A DNA stretch of 64,000 nucleotides from Malacoraja senta (taxonomy: Eukaryota), in contig CM075992.1 in the NCBI GenBank assembly GCA_038087875.1, forward strand, positions 4,156,001 through 4,220,000. Direction: 5' to 3'. The stretch's first letter is position 1. The number at the start of each line of letters is the position of its first letter. This document shows positions 25,926-38,201 of the stretch, piece after piece. A model generated the notes under the pieces. The model did not search any database. It was not told the origin of the DNA and saw nothing but the letters and a program-made list of their open reading frames with translations. The position numbers and the translations under genes were made by a program.

Positions 25926-27604
25926 AATGGGTACCGCTGATAACAACTAGAGGATGGACTGGACTTTCAAAATGGTGCCGAAGCCTGCCGTCCCTTACAT
26001 GCAGCTTCAGTGGACTATCTCTGCACATTCTGCTAGTCGGGGATTGTGCTCAGGCGTGGCAATACTCTACTAGACTGTACGTTCAAACATAATTTCTTGT
26101 GTGTTTGTACGTGTGACTATAAAAAGCCATTGAACCATTGAACAGTGAGTGTTCCCCGGAGTGGGATATTCAGGCACTGGATTTTCGCTGGGCAGTTAGC
26201 AACAGGCCAAGGGCAAAGTTTGTTCGTGCGCCAAATAAAATTGTTGTCTCGTCAACAAATTTCAAAGTTTGTGATTTTACCGTTGGATTTTTTTTCCCCA
26301 TTGCTTCAGCATTTATTGATAATCTTCAATTGCCCCGACACTGCCTGAGTTTCCGGCCTATTTCAGAGGGAACCTTTGGGGCAGCACAGTGGCACAGTAC
26401 ATAGCCACTGCCTCACAGCGCCAGAGAGCCGGGTTCGATCCTGACCTTGGGTGCAGTTTCCACGTTCTCCGGGTGTCCACGTGGGTTTTCACCGGGTGCT
26501 GCATATTTCTCTCACATCTCTCACATGTGAATAGCTTTGGTTTCTATGCTGTTCAATCAAATCAGACAATACTATACCTAAATATAATCAAACCAAACTC
26601 AAGTGCAATAGGTGGAGTGAAGGGACAGAATATAGTTCTCAGCATTACAGCCACAGTTGGCTCAGCTGGTAGAGCTGCTGCCTCACTGCACCAGAGACCA
26701 GAGTTCGATCCTGAGCTTGGCTGCTGTCTGCGTGGAGTTGGCACGTTCTCCCTGTGACCGTGTGGGTTTCCACCGGTTTCCTCCCACATCCCAAATTGGC
26801 CCTCTGCAAATTGCCCAGCGTGTGTCAGGAGTGGATCTGAAAGTAGGATAACATAGAACCCGGGTGATCGATAGTCGGCCTGGATTCGGCCTGTTTCCAT
26901 GCGGTATCTCTCAATCAATTAATCTAACCAGACGCCGTTGGCCTGGAGTTAGTTATAGCAACACGGAGCAAGGATGGCCAATTTCCTTCCACATAGAACA
27001 TTAGTGATCCTTTAGTTTAGTTTTAGTTTTAGAGATACAATGCAGAAACAGGCTCTTCGGCCCACCAAGTCCACGCCAACCACCGATCCCCGTACACTAA
27101 CATTATCCTACACACACTCGGGACAATTTACAATCTTACCAAAGCCAATTAAATTACAAATCCGCACGTGTTTGGAGTGTGGGAAGAAACCGGAGCGCCT
27201 GGAGAAAACCCACGTGGTCACAGGGAGAACGTATATACTCTGTACAGACAGCACCCGTAGTCAGGATCGATCCTAGGTCCCTCGCCACCATGCCGTCCTG
27301 ATGGGTTTTAAATAACTATCCACTGATGCACATTTGAGACTTATTCAGTAACTTGATTTTAAATTCTCCAACTTTCCTGGTGGCATTTTGAACTCCTGTC
27401 TCTGGATCAATGATCCAGGACTCTGGATATCAATCTAGTATCTTAGATACAGTTATAAGATATAGTTAGAAGAAGGGTGTCGACCTGAAACGTCAACCAT
27501 TCCTACTCTCCAGTGATGCTGCCTGTCCCACTGAGTTACTCCAGCATTTTGTATCCATCTTCCATTCAAACCAGCATCTGCAGTTCCTACACATAGTTAA
27601 TATA

Positions 27605-28209
27605 AGGGCCTGTCCCACTTGGGTGTCATTTACACGACATCCTAAAAATTGGTTGGCACGTCGTGAGACGCGCATGGCGCGTGGTGAGGCGTGGTGGCGT
27701 GTGCAATGGCGCGGTAACCCCCAGGATTTTGCAGTGCTCAAAATCCTCGCGCGCCACCTGCGTGATGTATGCCTTGTGCATGCTGACGTACTTATGGCGT
27801 ACGCTAACGTACTGACGGCGTACGAGTAGCGCGTGGTGACGCATGGTTATGCACGGTGACGCACGAACATTGCCTATGCTAATTTATCATGCCTCACCGT
27901 GCGTCAACGTCCATAACCATGCGCCGCCCGTACGCCGTCGGCTCGCCGTTTGTGCGTCATTTGTGCGCCGCACCACGTGACCACCCGGGTATAAAGCGCG
28001 CGTAGTTTTGAACATTTTTCACTGGGAAAATCCTTGCCACGGAGATCGGACTAAGTACGAACGACATCGCAAATGGCTCCCAATAGAAGCAGGGCCCTCA
28101 AGAGCATTTGGCGCGCGACTGTCGTACTGCTAGACGATTTTCGCCCGACAGTCACTGCCGGCGTGTCGAGTAAATGACGCGCAAATGACGCCCAAGTGGT
28201 TCAGGCCCT
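27605..28209. mobile_element. PIF/Harbinger-type MITE, CpG-rich
   Basis: AGGGCCTGTCCCACTTGGGTGTCATTT ... AAATGACGCCCAAGTGGTTCAGGCCCT; flanks ATA/TTA. Confidence 0.82.
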
Positions 28210-29194
28210 TTAGTTGGTACAATATCTCCACCTGGTGTTTAGCATTGGAATTGCTGCCAGGATTAGAACGTGGCTGTCTCCACTGAAGTAAAGAACAGAC
28301 TAGAAATAAACGGGAACTGATGTGTCAAGTTCAAGTTGAAATTTATTTGCCACATGCACCATAAGGCAATGCTTTTAGGTTTAAATGAGTTTTATCAGCT
28401 TAGATTAGTTTATGGATACAGCATGGAAACAGGCCCTTCGGATTGACTGACCATTGATCACCCGTACACACTAGTTCCTCTGTCCCCTTGATTCCCTTAT
28501 CATGGGAAAAATACATTCACCCTAACATTTACAATGTTCATAAACTTACTTACAAAATTTCCCCTGTGCTGATGGAATATATTCACAGCACAATCATATT
28601 AGTTTAATTTTATTGATACGGCATGGAAAAAAGACCTTCGGCCCATCTAGTCCATGCTGACTACCGATCACCCGTTCACACTAGTTCCAGGTTATCCCAC
28701 TTCCTCGTCCACTCCCTACACATCAGGGCCAATTAACTCACACGTCTTGGGAATGTGGGAGGTTCAACTAGCCCCGACCCGGGGTCAGATTGCCCCGACC
28801 CGGGGAGCTGAGATTCCCCCCGAATGCGGGAGCTTGATCTCCCCGATTGAACTTTTTTTTCGCCTTCCATCACAGTGAGGAATGTGGAGGGGTCACTGTG
28901 GTGGATGTTTATGTTAAAATGTATTTTGTGTGTCCTGTTGCTTATTTTGGGTATGAATGACTGTATGGCAAATTATATTCCTCGTATTTTGCAAAACATA
29001 CTTGACAGTGATACTAATTGGAGAACTAGGGTGGGGATGAGCCGGGGAGATAGGGAAAGCAAGGGTTACTTGAAGTTAGAGAAATCAAAATTCACACCGC
29101 TGGGCTGTAAGGTGCCCAGAGATACACCGAAGATAGACACAAAAACCTGGAGTAACTCAGTGGGTCAGGCAGCATCTCTGGAGAAAAGGTGACC

Positions 29195-29727
29195 CCGGGA
29201 AGGACATTATAGCCATAGAGGGAGTGCAGAGAAGGTTCACCAGACTGATTCCTGGGATGTCAGGACTTTCATATGAAGAAAGACTGGATAGACTTGGCTT
29301 ATACTCGCTAGAATTTAGGAGATTGAGAGGGGATCTTATAGAAACGTACACAATTCTTATGGGGTTGGACAGGCTAGATGCAGGAAGATTGTTCCCGATG
29401 TTGGGGAAGTCCAGGACAAGGGGTCACAGCTTAAGGATAAGGGGGAAATCCTTTAAGACCGAGATGAGGAAAAACTTTTTCACACAGAGAGTGGTGAATC
29501 TCTGGAACTCTCTGCCACAGAGGGTAGTTGAGGCCAGTTCATTGGCTATATTTAAGAGGGAGTTAGATGTGGCCCTTGTGGCTAAAGGGATCAGGGGGTA
29601 TGGAGAGAAGGCAGGTACGGGATACTGAGTTGGATGATCAGCCATGATCATATTGAATGGCGGTGCAGGCTCGAAGGGCCGAATGGCCTACTCCTGCACC
29701 TATTGTCTATGTATCTATGTATCTATG
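29195..29727 (+). mobile_element. Young CR1 LINE 3' fragment with intact reading frame
   Basis: ORF 29224-29628 QRRFTRLIPGMSGLSYEERLDRLGLYSLEFRRLRGDLIETY...EKAGTGY; (TATGTATC)n tail; nearly identical to 61403-61873(-). Confidence 0.93.
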
Positions 29728-32656
29728 ATGTTTTGGATCGAGACCTTCGACCTGAATCGTCACCTATTCCCTTTCTCCAGAGATGCTGCCTGACCAGCTG
29801 AGTTACTCCAGGTTTTTATGTATATCCCTCTGAATGCCGCCTTCCTCACAGTACTTGACTCCAGCAATTTTGCTTTAAATTTCAACATCTGTAATATCTT
29901 GATCCCCAACTCGACAGATGTGCTTTGCAAGACCAACATCTGTCTGCTGGTGGCAGTGTTGCCTTGCCTGATGGCCTAGCCCCCAGCACTGCCATCACCA
30001 GGAAAGCAGCAGTACTGCAGTGAAGCCAATTAATCCCAACCCACAAGTTTATTCAGAGTAAGTGCTGGAGAAACTCAGCTGGTCAGTCAGCATCTGTGGA
30101 GGGAACGGACAGGTGACCCTTCAGATCAGGAACCTTTAATTCGCAGTCTTCAGGATCCAGCTAATCAAAGTCAAGTTTAGTGACTGTCCCGACCCGAAAC
30201 AAAACTCTTTGCATCACTTCCCTCTGGAAGGCGACTCCGGACTGTCAAAGCCGCCACAGCCAGACACAAAAACAGTTCTTAAAAACAGTCTGCAGCCTCC
30301 TTGTGCTCTGGAATTTTGTTTAATTCTACACATGTTTAAATTATAATGTTTTATTTTTAATTGTCTTACTGTATATCGTGTTGTTACTAGCGAGCAAAGC
30401 ATCAAGGCAAATTCCTTGTCTGTATACATACTTGGCTAATAAAATGTATTCAATTCAATTCAATTCAATAGACACAAAATGCTGGAGTAACTGAGCGGGA
30501 CAAAAAGTTGCTCCAGCATTTGGCGTCTATCTTCGGTTTAAACCAGCGTCCTACCTACACGGTACCTATCCGTGTTCTCCAGAGATGCTGCCTGACCCGC
30601 TGTGTCTCTTTTTGTAAACCACCATCTGTTTCGGGTCAGAACCCTACTTCAGACACTGAAAGCCGCACGTTCTACAAACCCGCATGTCTTTGGGATTAGG
30701 GAAGGAACCAGTGCAGAACGACGTGATAACAGGGAGAACGTGCAAACTCCACATAGACAGTGCCGGGGATCGGGATCGAACCTGGGTACCCTGGGGCGGT
30801 GAGGCAGCGTCTCTACCAGCTGCGCCACTGTGCTGCACCTTAATGGTAGAGGGTCCGCTTGCACCTGCACACTGCTGCAGGTTAGTTTGGTCTCGTCAGT
30901 GCTTGGCTCGTGCACAAATATGTTGAACAACCAGTGAGGTTTGTGGAACTGCATAGCGAGATGGTTTCACTTGCCCACCCACTTCTCAACGACAGCAAGC
31001 TTTGTTGTTTCCCCGTAGCTCGAGTCTCTTTGTTCCTGAGGAGGGGTGTGTACCTGCAGTGAATCTCCAGCTGTGTGGAAAAGGAACTGCGGATACTGGT
31101 TTACACTGAAGATAGACACAAAACCCTGGAGTAACTCAGCAGGACATTCTTCAGACTCAAGAAGGGTCTCGACTGTCCCACTGAGTTACTGAGTTATTCC
31201 AGCATTTTGTGTTCATCTTCCATGTAAACCGGCACCTGCAGTTCCTTCCTGGTCTTTTAAGCGCTGGAGAATACAGAGCTTCTGTCAGAGCTGGGAAAAC
31301 AAGTTAGTTTCATTGCAGGGAAAGTGGGAGAGGAATGGATAGGACTTAAAGAAGATAGACACAAATGCTGGAGTAACTCAGCGGGTCAGGCAGCTTCTCG
31401 GGAGGAAAGGTATAGGTGACATTTCGGGTTGAGATCTTTCTTCAGACTCCAGACATTGTCTCATGCGTTGACATGTTGTTTAGAAAACCATGTGGTCAAA
31501 CAAGATGGCCAGTACTAAACTATGGAAGTTTTGGAACTCATTCGCTATTCTCCTGTCCCCTGTCGTAAGACCCAGTTATCAACATTCCCTTATATATAAA
31601 TACTTTTGTCAAAGAACTTGTTCAAACAAAAAAATGCACTGCTGTGTTTTGTTTCTAATTGGTTTGACCCAAATAGACGATGATTCACATATTTCTGATA
31701 TATGAAACACCTGCTAGGCAAATATTTTACCTTGTTCAGTTTCATTTAGAGATTTGCCGTTTGATTCGGCCCACTCTTCCCCCTGATGGAGATGGGATTT
31801 TTTTTTCGTATCATCGCTCCGTCCGCGCTGTGGCCTAACATTGAAGAGGTGACGTCCTCTTGCTGGGGATCGACCTCGGGAGCTCCAACCGTGGGAAAAC
31901 TTATTCAAGCTTTTGTACCTCTTGCCTGATGGGAGAGAGGAGAAACGGGAATAACAGGGGCGTGAATAGCCTTTGACTACTCCAACAGCCTCCCAACCCC
32001 ACAGAGTCAACCAGCTAGAGGTTCGGAGGGCAGCTGAGAATCCCATCCGTGTTCCCGATTGAATTTGCCATTACAGGCGTTGTGAGGCAGCAGCACTACC
32101 AGCTGCACCACTGTGCCGCCCTGATTAGACGAAGGTGCAATGGTTAATCACTATTAAACATCTGAAGTAAAGCTGCCAAGCGGAGTGTCATCTGGAATCC
32201 TGGGGCCTTTTGGTATTTGCCTGCTAATTAAACTAGGAAAATTAGTATTATAAAATGATCGGTAATTTAAATCTATCATCTTTAATGAGGGTTAGCCTCA
32301 GTAGAAAATAACCAATATGCCGTGGGCTTGCTCCTATTGAGAAAATAGTTTGACTAATCACCACTGTGTTTATAATTAGGATCTGCAGTTTAATCAGTAT
32401 CATTTAATAGACTTTAGTGTTATTAGGAATGAGTCTCAGTGGGTTAAGTAATTTTGTGGTTACATAGTCTGTGACGCATCCACCACATACCCCACTCATT
32501 GTTGGCAACTGTCTTGCATTAGGAAGGCAACGCTGAACGAAGGACCAGGTTCTGCATTTATGTAGGGCCTTCCGTGACCTCAGTGTTTAAGAGGCCGCGT
32601 CGGCACTATTATTAATATGTATATACTGAATATACACATTGTTTACGGAGTACATA

Positions 32657-32808
32657 TACACCGAATATATACATATATGTGCCAAAGCATTATATCGTTT
32701 ACAGAGTTTTTACATATATACACACGTGTGTGTATGTATGTGTATGTGTATAAAAATTCCTGTAAACGATATAATCTTTGGCATATATACGTATATATTC
32801 GGCTTGTA
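32657..32808. repeat. AT-rich ~150-bp imperfect inverted repeat (hairpin)
   Basis: CCGAATATATAC..TGCCAAAG.ATTATATCGTTTACAG vs CTGTAAACGATATAAT.CTTTGGCATATATACGTATATATTCGG. Confidence 0.8.
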
Positions 32809-32869
32809 TCAAACTTGATTTATTCCACAAGGGAAATTGCTCTGCCAACATTCATAAAACATATCAAGA

Positions 32870-33100
32870 TACCGGAAACATGAAATTAAAGTGAAGAGTG
32901 GAAAGGCCAGGATTGGGAATGTGCAAAGATTGGGGAGGGGGGGGGTAGGGGAAGGGGCGGGGTGGTTTGGAGAGTCAGTCTACCCTACGACAACAAGGGC
33001 AGGAGTTGTACAGTTTGATAGCTACAGGGAAAAATGATCGCCTGTGGCGTTCTGTGCTGCATCTTGGCGGGACCAGTCTGTGGCTGAAGGCGCTCCTCAG
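32870..33100 (-). mobile_element. Rex1/Babar-like LINE 3' fragment
   Basis: RSAFSHRLVPPRCSTERHRRSFFPVAIKLYN. Confidence 0.7.
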
Positions 33101-33959
33101 ATCAAGTGAAACTTTAGCATAAATCTGCATTCGAAGATCGACAGGAGCAGCAGATGCTGGAATCCACAGTCCCCTTGAGTATTGAATTCCAAAACTTAGA
33201 AACACACTTGGTGAAGGAATCCCTCCTAATTCCTCTCCAAAATGGCTGGCCCTTTATTTTGAGATGGTGATCCTTGATTTAGGCACACCATTCGTGGGAA
33301 AGATTAGTTCTACATTTACTTTGTCAGACTCCTTGTACTTTTCAATGGGATTACCTTTTGGTTTTCCGGATTCAAGAGGGTTAGCATTCCCACATATAAC
33401 CAACCTGCCAAGTCAGGAATCCGTCGGATGAATCTTCAAGATACTCACTCCATTACAATTATCTCCTTCCTTGGGTACCGAGACTTGCAGTTACGTCACC
33501 TTTTATCAGGACTCTTCATCAAGGGTTTTTCCTCTTTGTGCCAATGTTGAGTGGACTGCAAGAAAACATCACCCCCTCATCTCCCATTTAGTATCAACTG
33601 CCAGGAAAAAGCACAGCCGTCAAGTACAATGTGAAGCCTGGAGGCTGAAGAAGGGTTCCAAAAAAAAAAAAGGTTCGGAACCCGAAACATCACCCACCCT
33701 TTATCTCCAGAGATGCTGCCTGACCTGTTGAGATACTCCAGCACTATCCAGTCGAGAAGATAGACCTCTTCTAAATGCAAACTCCCAGTGGGAATTAAGT
33801 TGGCAATAATCACCCAATGCTCATGTGCCAACAGCAATAAAGAGTACCCATTAGTCACAGAATTGAATAATATTTATGCTTCCTAACATTCCCCATAGAG
33901 GTTGCGTGGGTTGGAACGGTGGAAAACCTGCTCCAAGGACTTCAACCTTGATCGTTCAG

Positions 33960-34425
33960 CAATCGATTCGCTGAACACCTACGCTCAGTCCGCCTAAACC
34001 TACCTGATCCCCCATTTGCTAAACACTTTAACTCCCCCTCCCATTCCCACCCGGACCTTTCTGTCCTGGGCCTCCTCCATTGTCAGAGTGAAAACCCAGT
34101 GCAAATTGGAGGAACAGCATCTCATATTTCGCTTGGGTAAGCTCACACCCCAGCGGTATGAACATTGACCTCTAACATCAAGTGACCCTTGCTTTCCCTC
34201 CCTCTCCATCCCTCCCCCTTCCCAGTTCTCCGACCAGTCTGACTGCCCCGATTACATTTCATCTCTATTTGCTAACAATGATCTATTCCACATTTTCCTT
34301 GATCTCTCACCCCCTTTGATGTCTCGTTTTCACACCTTACACTTCCTTATCTCCGTATCTTCCAGAGTCTGAAGAAAGAGATGCTGCCTGTCCCGCTGAG
34401 TTGCTCCAGCATTTTGTACCTAACT
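33960..34425 (+). mobile_element. Penelope-like element 3' fragment (decayed GIY-YIG C-terminus)
   Basis: DRFAEHLRSV...KHFNSPSHSH.DLSVLGLLHCQS...KLEEQHLIFRLG readable from the DNA; ends in a truncated CTGAAGAA repeat. Confidence 0.8.
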
Positions 34426-35917
34426 TCAAGCTTTGACTTGCATTGCACTGCAGTCAAACCACTGAGGTCAGATCAAAATCACAATTGGCTAGGTATCAAC
34501 TATGAAATGTATATTACCGTGCCGTGCATATTCTGTAAATATTCTTCTTATTATTTTACATTTGGCATGCATTTGTACCTATTTACCTATTACCTATTTA
34601 CCAAGGTTATTTCCTATCACACTACAATTTGGATTTGAAGAAGGGACATAAGCAGGAGATGAATCCATTTATAGGTTCACGGGTTTATTTATTGTCACGT
34701 GTACAGGGATACAGTGAAATACTTGTTCTACTGTACATGCTATCCCGTCAAATCATACTATTGATGAGTACAATAGATCCTCTTCTGGAACAGCAGGCAT
34801 GATCTTGTAGCTCCCAAGTCTCTGTAAAGTCCGATCTTGGTCTAAAAGGAGATCTGTAGTTTCTTATTTCCTCCCTCTAAGGCCCGGTGTGGTGGCAGCA
34901 CTGGATGGGTGAAGCAGGGATGGGAATGGCGTCGGCTCCTTCCACCACCACTCCGTGCAGCTGTGCTCAATCCGCCCCCTCGTCCGCCCAGCTGCAGTAG
35001 GACCTCCTGCATTGCTGCTGGAGTAGGGGGCGACAGTCTAGAAAATCGAATATTCTTTGCCACCATGTTAGTATGTGTATTCATCTCCACTGCCTCCCAT
35101 TTCCTGTCTCCCATTTCCAAATGTATCAGATCCTTATTTGGACTCAGAAGGTGGCATATTCAGCCCTTTGGGATCAAGCCAGTTCCCAAAGAACCAATCC
35201 CACTTATCCCAGTCCCTTACCACTTATTTTCCCTGTACCCTTGCCTCCTTTAATTGATTGGATCTATGGAGCGATGGAAATTGGCAACGTTTCGGGTCGA
35301 AACCCTTCTTCAGACTGATCAGTCGCCTATTTCCGCCGCTCCATAGATGCTGCCTTACCCGCTGAGTTTCTCCAGCATTTTTGTCTGACCTGCAAACATT
35401 TCCATTTTCTCCAGAGATGTTGCCCGACTCGCTGAGTTACTCCAGCATTTTGTGTCTATCACGTGAAAACATCTCCTCGGGTAGTTTACAAGATCAGAAT
35501 CGAAGTGCATCGAGGTAACTTTATCTGCTTAAGTACCACTGACAGAGATCTGGGGAATCTCCCATTGCCAAGTGATGTATTAAATGCACATTTAAATGGA
35601 ATTCACAGAGCAGCAAATGGGGTCAGAATGGAGCAGAGAGGCATGGGATTTAGTTGTGTGGTACGAAGCATATAGTCAATCCAGATCTACACGGACTCCA
35701 CGTTACTATTGGAATGAATAGACGACAAGTTGTCCAAGAAGAAAACAACTCACTCAAAAGGAGGGAAGAAAATATCTCCTGATGATTCACTGATACCGAG
35801 GATAGACACAAAATGCTGGAGTAACTCAGCAGGTCAGACACCATCTCTGGAGAAAAGGAAGAGGTGATGTTTTGGGTCCAGGCCCTTCTTGATACTCAAT
35901 GATTCAATCTTACTTTA

Positions 35918-36500
35918 TGTTTAAGAAAGAACTGCAGATGCTGGAGAAATCGAAGGTAGACAAAAATGCTGGAGAAACTCAGCGGGTGAGGCAGCATCTA
36001 CGGAGCGAAGGAATCTTACTCTATGGTACACAAAAATGCTGGAGAAACTCAGCGGGTGCAGCAGCATCTATGGAGCGAAGGAAATAGGCAACGTTTCGGG
36101 CCGAAACCCTTCTTCAGACTGATTGGGGGTGGGGAGAAGAAAGGAAAAAAGGAAAAAGGCGGAGGAGGAGCCCGAGGGCTGGGGGAGGGGAGGAGACAAC
36201 CAGATGGCTGATGAAGGGGAGGGGACAGCAAGGGCTAGCAGAATTGGGAGAATTCAATGTTCAAGCCCCCAGGATGTAGACTGCCCAAGCGGAATATGAG
36301 GTGCATTTCCTCCAATTTACGGTGTTGCTCGCTGTGGCCATGGAGGAGACCCAGGACAGAGAGGTCAGATACGGAATGGGAGGGGGAGTTGAAGTGCTGA
36401 GCCACCGGGAGTTCAGGTTGGTTATTGCGGACCGACCGGATGTGTTCGGCGAAACGATCGCCAAGCCTCCGCTTGGTCTCACCGATGTAGACTATTGTCA
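35918..36500 (-). mobile_element. Penelope-like element 3' end: GIY-YIG endonuclease C-terminus followed by partially tandem terminal repeats
   Basis: VYIGETKRRLGDRFAEHIRSVRNNQPELPVAQHFNSPSHSVSDLSVLGL...RKLEEMHLIFRLGSLHPGGLNIEF; hammerhead motif CTGAAGAAGGGTTTCGGCCCGAAACGTT at 36090-36117(-). Confidence 0.9.
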
Positions 36501-37790
36501 CTTGCAGCGGCGGAGACCCAGGTTCCATCCCGACTATGGGTGCTGTCTGTACGGAGTGTGCACGTTCTCCCCGTGACCTGCGTGGGTTTTTCCGAGATCT
36601 TTGGTTTCCTCCCACACTCCAGGTTTGTGTGTTAATTGTACAGGTTTGTAGGTTAATTGGCTTGATGAATGAAAAAAATGTCTCTAGTGTGTGTAGGATA
36701 GCGTTAATGTGCGCGGACCCGGTGGGCCGAAGGGACTGTTTTCTGCGCTGTATCTCTAAACTACATTAATCTAAAGTACAGTGAAATTCTTTGTTTGTGC
36801 ATATAATCTGGTATAAAAAAAGTTCATCGAATAGTCTTATCTTCTGCTCACAGCGGCGAACCAGGCCTGCACCGCACGTGGCAGCAGGCGGCCCCACCAT
36901 CTGGGTCCCTCCTTCAATCTCGGTAGCCCTCCGCTTGGACCACTCTCGGCGCCCCTCCCCCCTCACTCTCGACATCACGGGGCCCTTTGCCTCGAATAGA
37001 TCCACAACTCCTATTGCAGAAACCTACCGCATGATGTCAATTTGCTCCTCAACTTTCACTAGGTGGGTCGACCAGAGAAATGAAAACCAAAATATCAATT
37101 GCTATGTTAAACATTTAATGATACCCCCTCAACAACTGGAAGGTAGGCTGCTGGGTGAGGAATGCTCCTAATAATCTGCATTCACCAGTTTTTGGTCAGG
37201 CTGCATTTGGCCGGTTCTCTGGATACTTTCAATAGAGAGCTAGATAGGGCTCTTACAGATAGCGGAGTCAGGGGATATGGGGAGAAGGCAGGAACGGGGT
37301 ACTAATTGGGGATGATCAGCCATGATCACATTGAATGGCGGCGCTGGCTCGAAGGGCCGAATTCGGCCCTTCGAGCCAGCACCGCCATTCAATGTGATCA
37401 TGGCTAATCTCCTGCACCTATTGTCTATTGTCTATTGGAGCACTGCATACAGTTCTGGTCACCCCACTTACCAGAAGGGTGAGGAGGCTTTGGAGAGGGT
37501 GCAGAAGAGGTTTACCGGAACGTTGAGAGGATCAAATGGTACCAAGGAGAGGTTAGACAACCCTGGATATTTTTAAAATCTGGTGTAGATGGCTGAGGGG
37601 AGACCTGATAGAAGTATATAAAATTATGAAAGTGGACAGTCAGAACCTTTTTCCCCAGAGTGGAGATATCAAAGGTGAGACGGACAATGTTTAAAGGACA
37701 TGTATGGAGACGCAAGGTTTTTTCTTTTACACAGAGGGTGGTGGGGGAGTGGAACGCAGGGCCAGGAGTGGTGGTGGAGGCAGATAAGAT

Positions 37791-38201
37791 CAAAGATCCT
37801 ATAGCGAGCAAGATAGTCCACTCGACGAAAAAGACCTAGTACGGTCATGGGCAGATTCATGGGGTAATTTTCGGCCCCATTTCCGTAACCGGCTTCTGTC
37901 TCCGCACCAAAGATCCCACAGCGGAGCAAAGATAACTAGTGCGGAGACGGAAGCCGGTTACGGAAACATCCTCGTAAAAATAAAAGTTATTTGGTTAAAA
38001 TTTTCTCCTCATTTTCAGAATTATAATTTATTAACACAAACTGTTCCCCCGCAAGGTTGATTACACTGCCAGTCGGGTCGGGTCGGGTCTGGTCCGGTTA
38101 CGGAAATGGATGAAAAAAAGGCCCACGTTCCGTTGCGTACTACACGTCAGTCCATTGCATTTAGAAGGGGTGGTCTATCTTGCTCCGCTATAGGATCTTT
38201 G
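37791..38201. mobile_element. hAT-like MITE with 8-bp TSD
   Basis: TIR CAAAGATCCTATAGCG-AGCAAGATAG / CTATCTTGCTCCGCTATAGGATCTTTG; perfect TSD GATAAGAT (37783-37790, 38202-38209); inserted in CR1. Confidence 0.85.
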
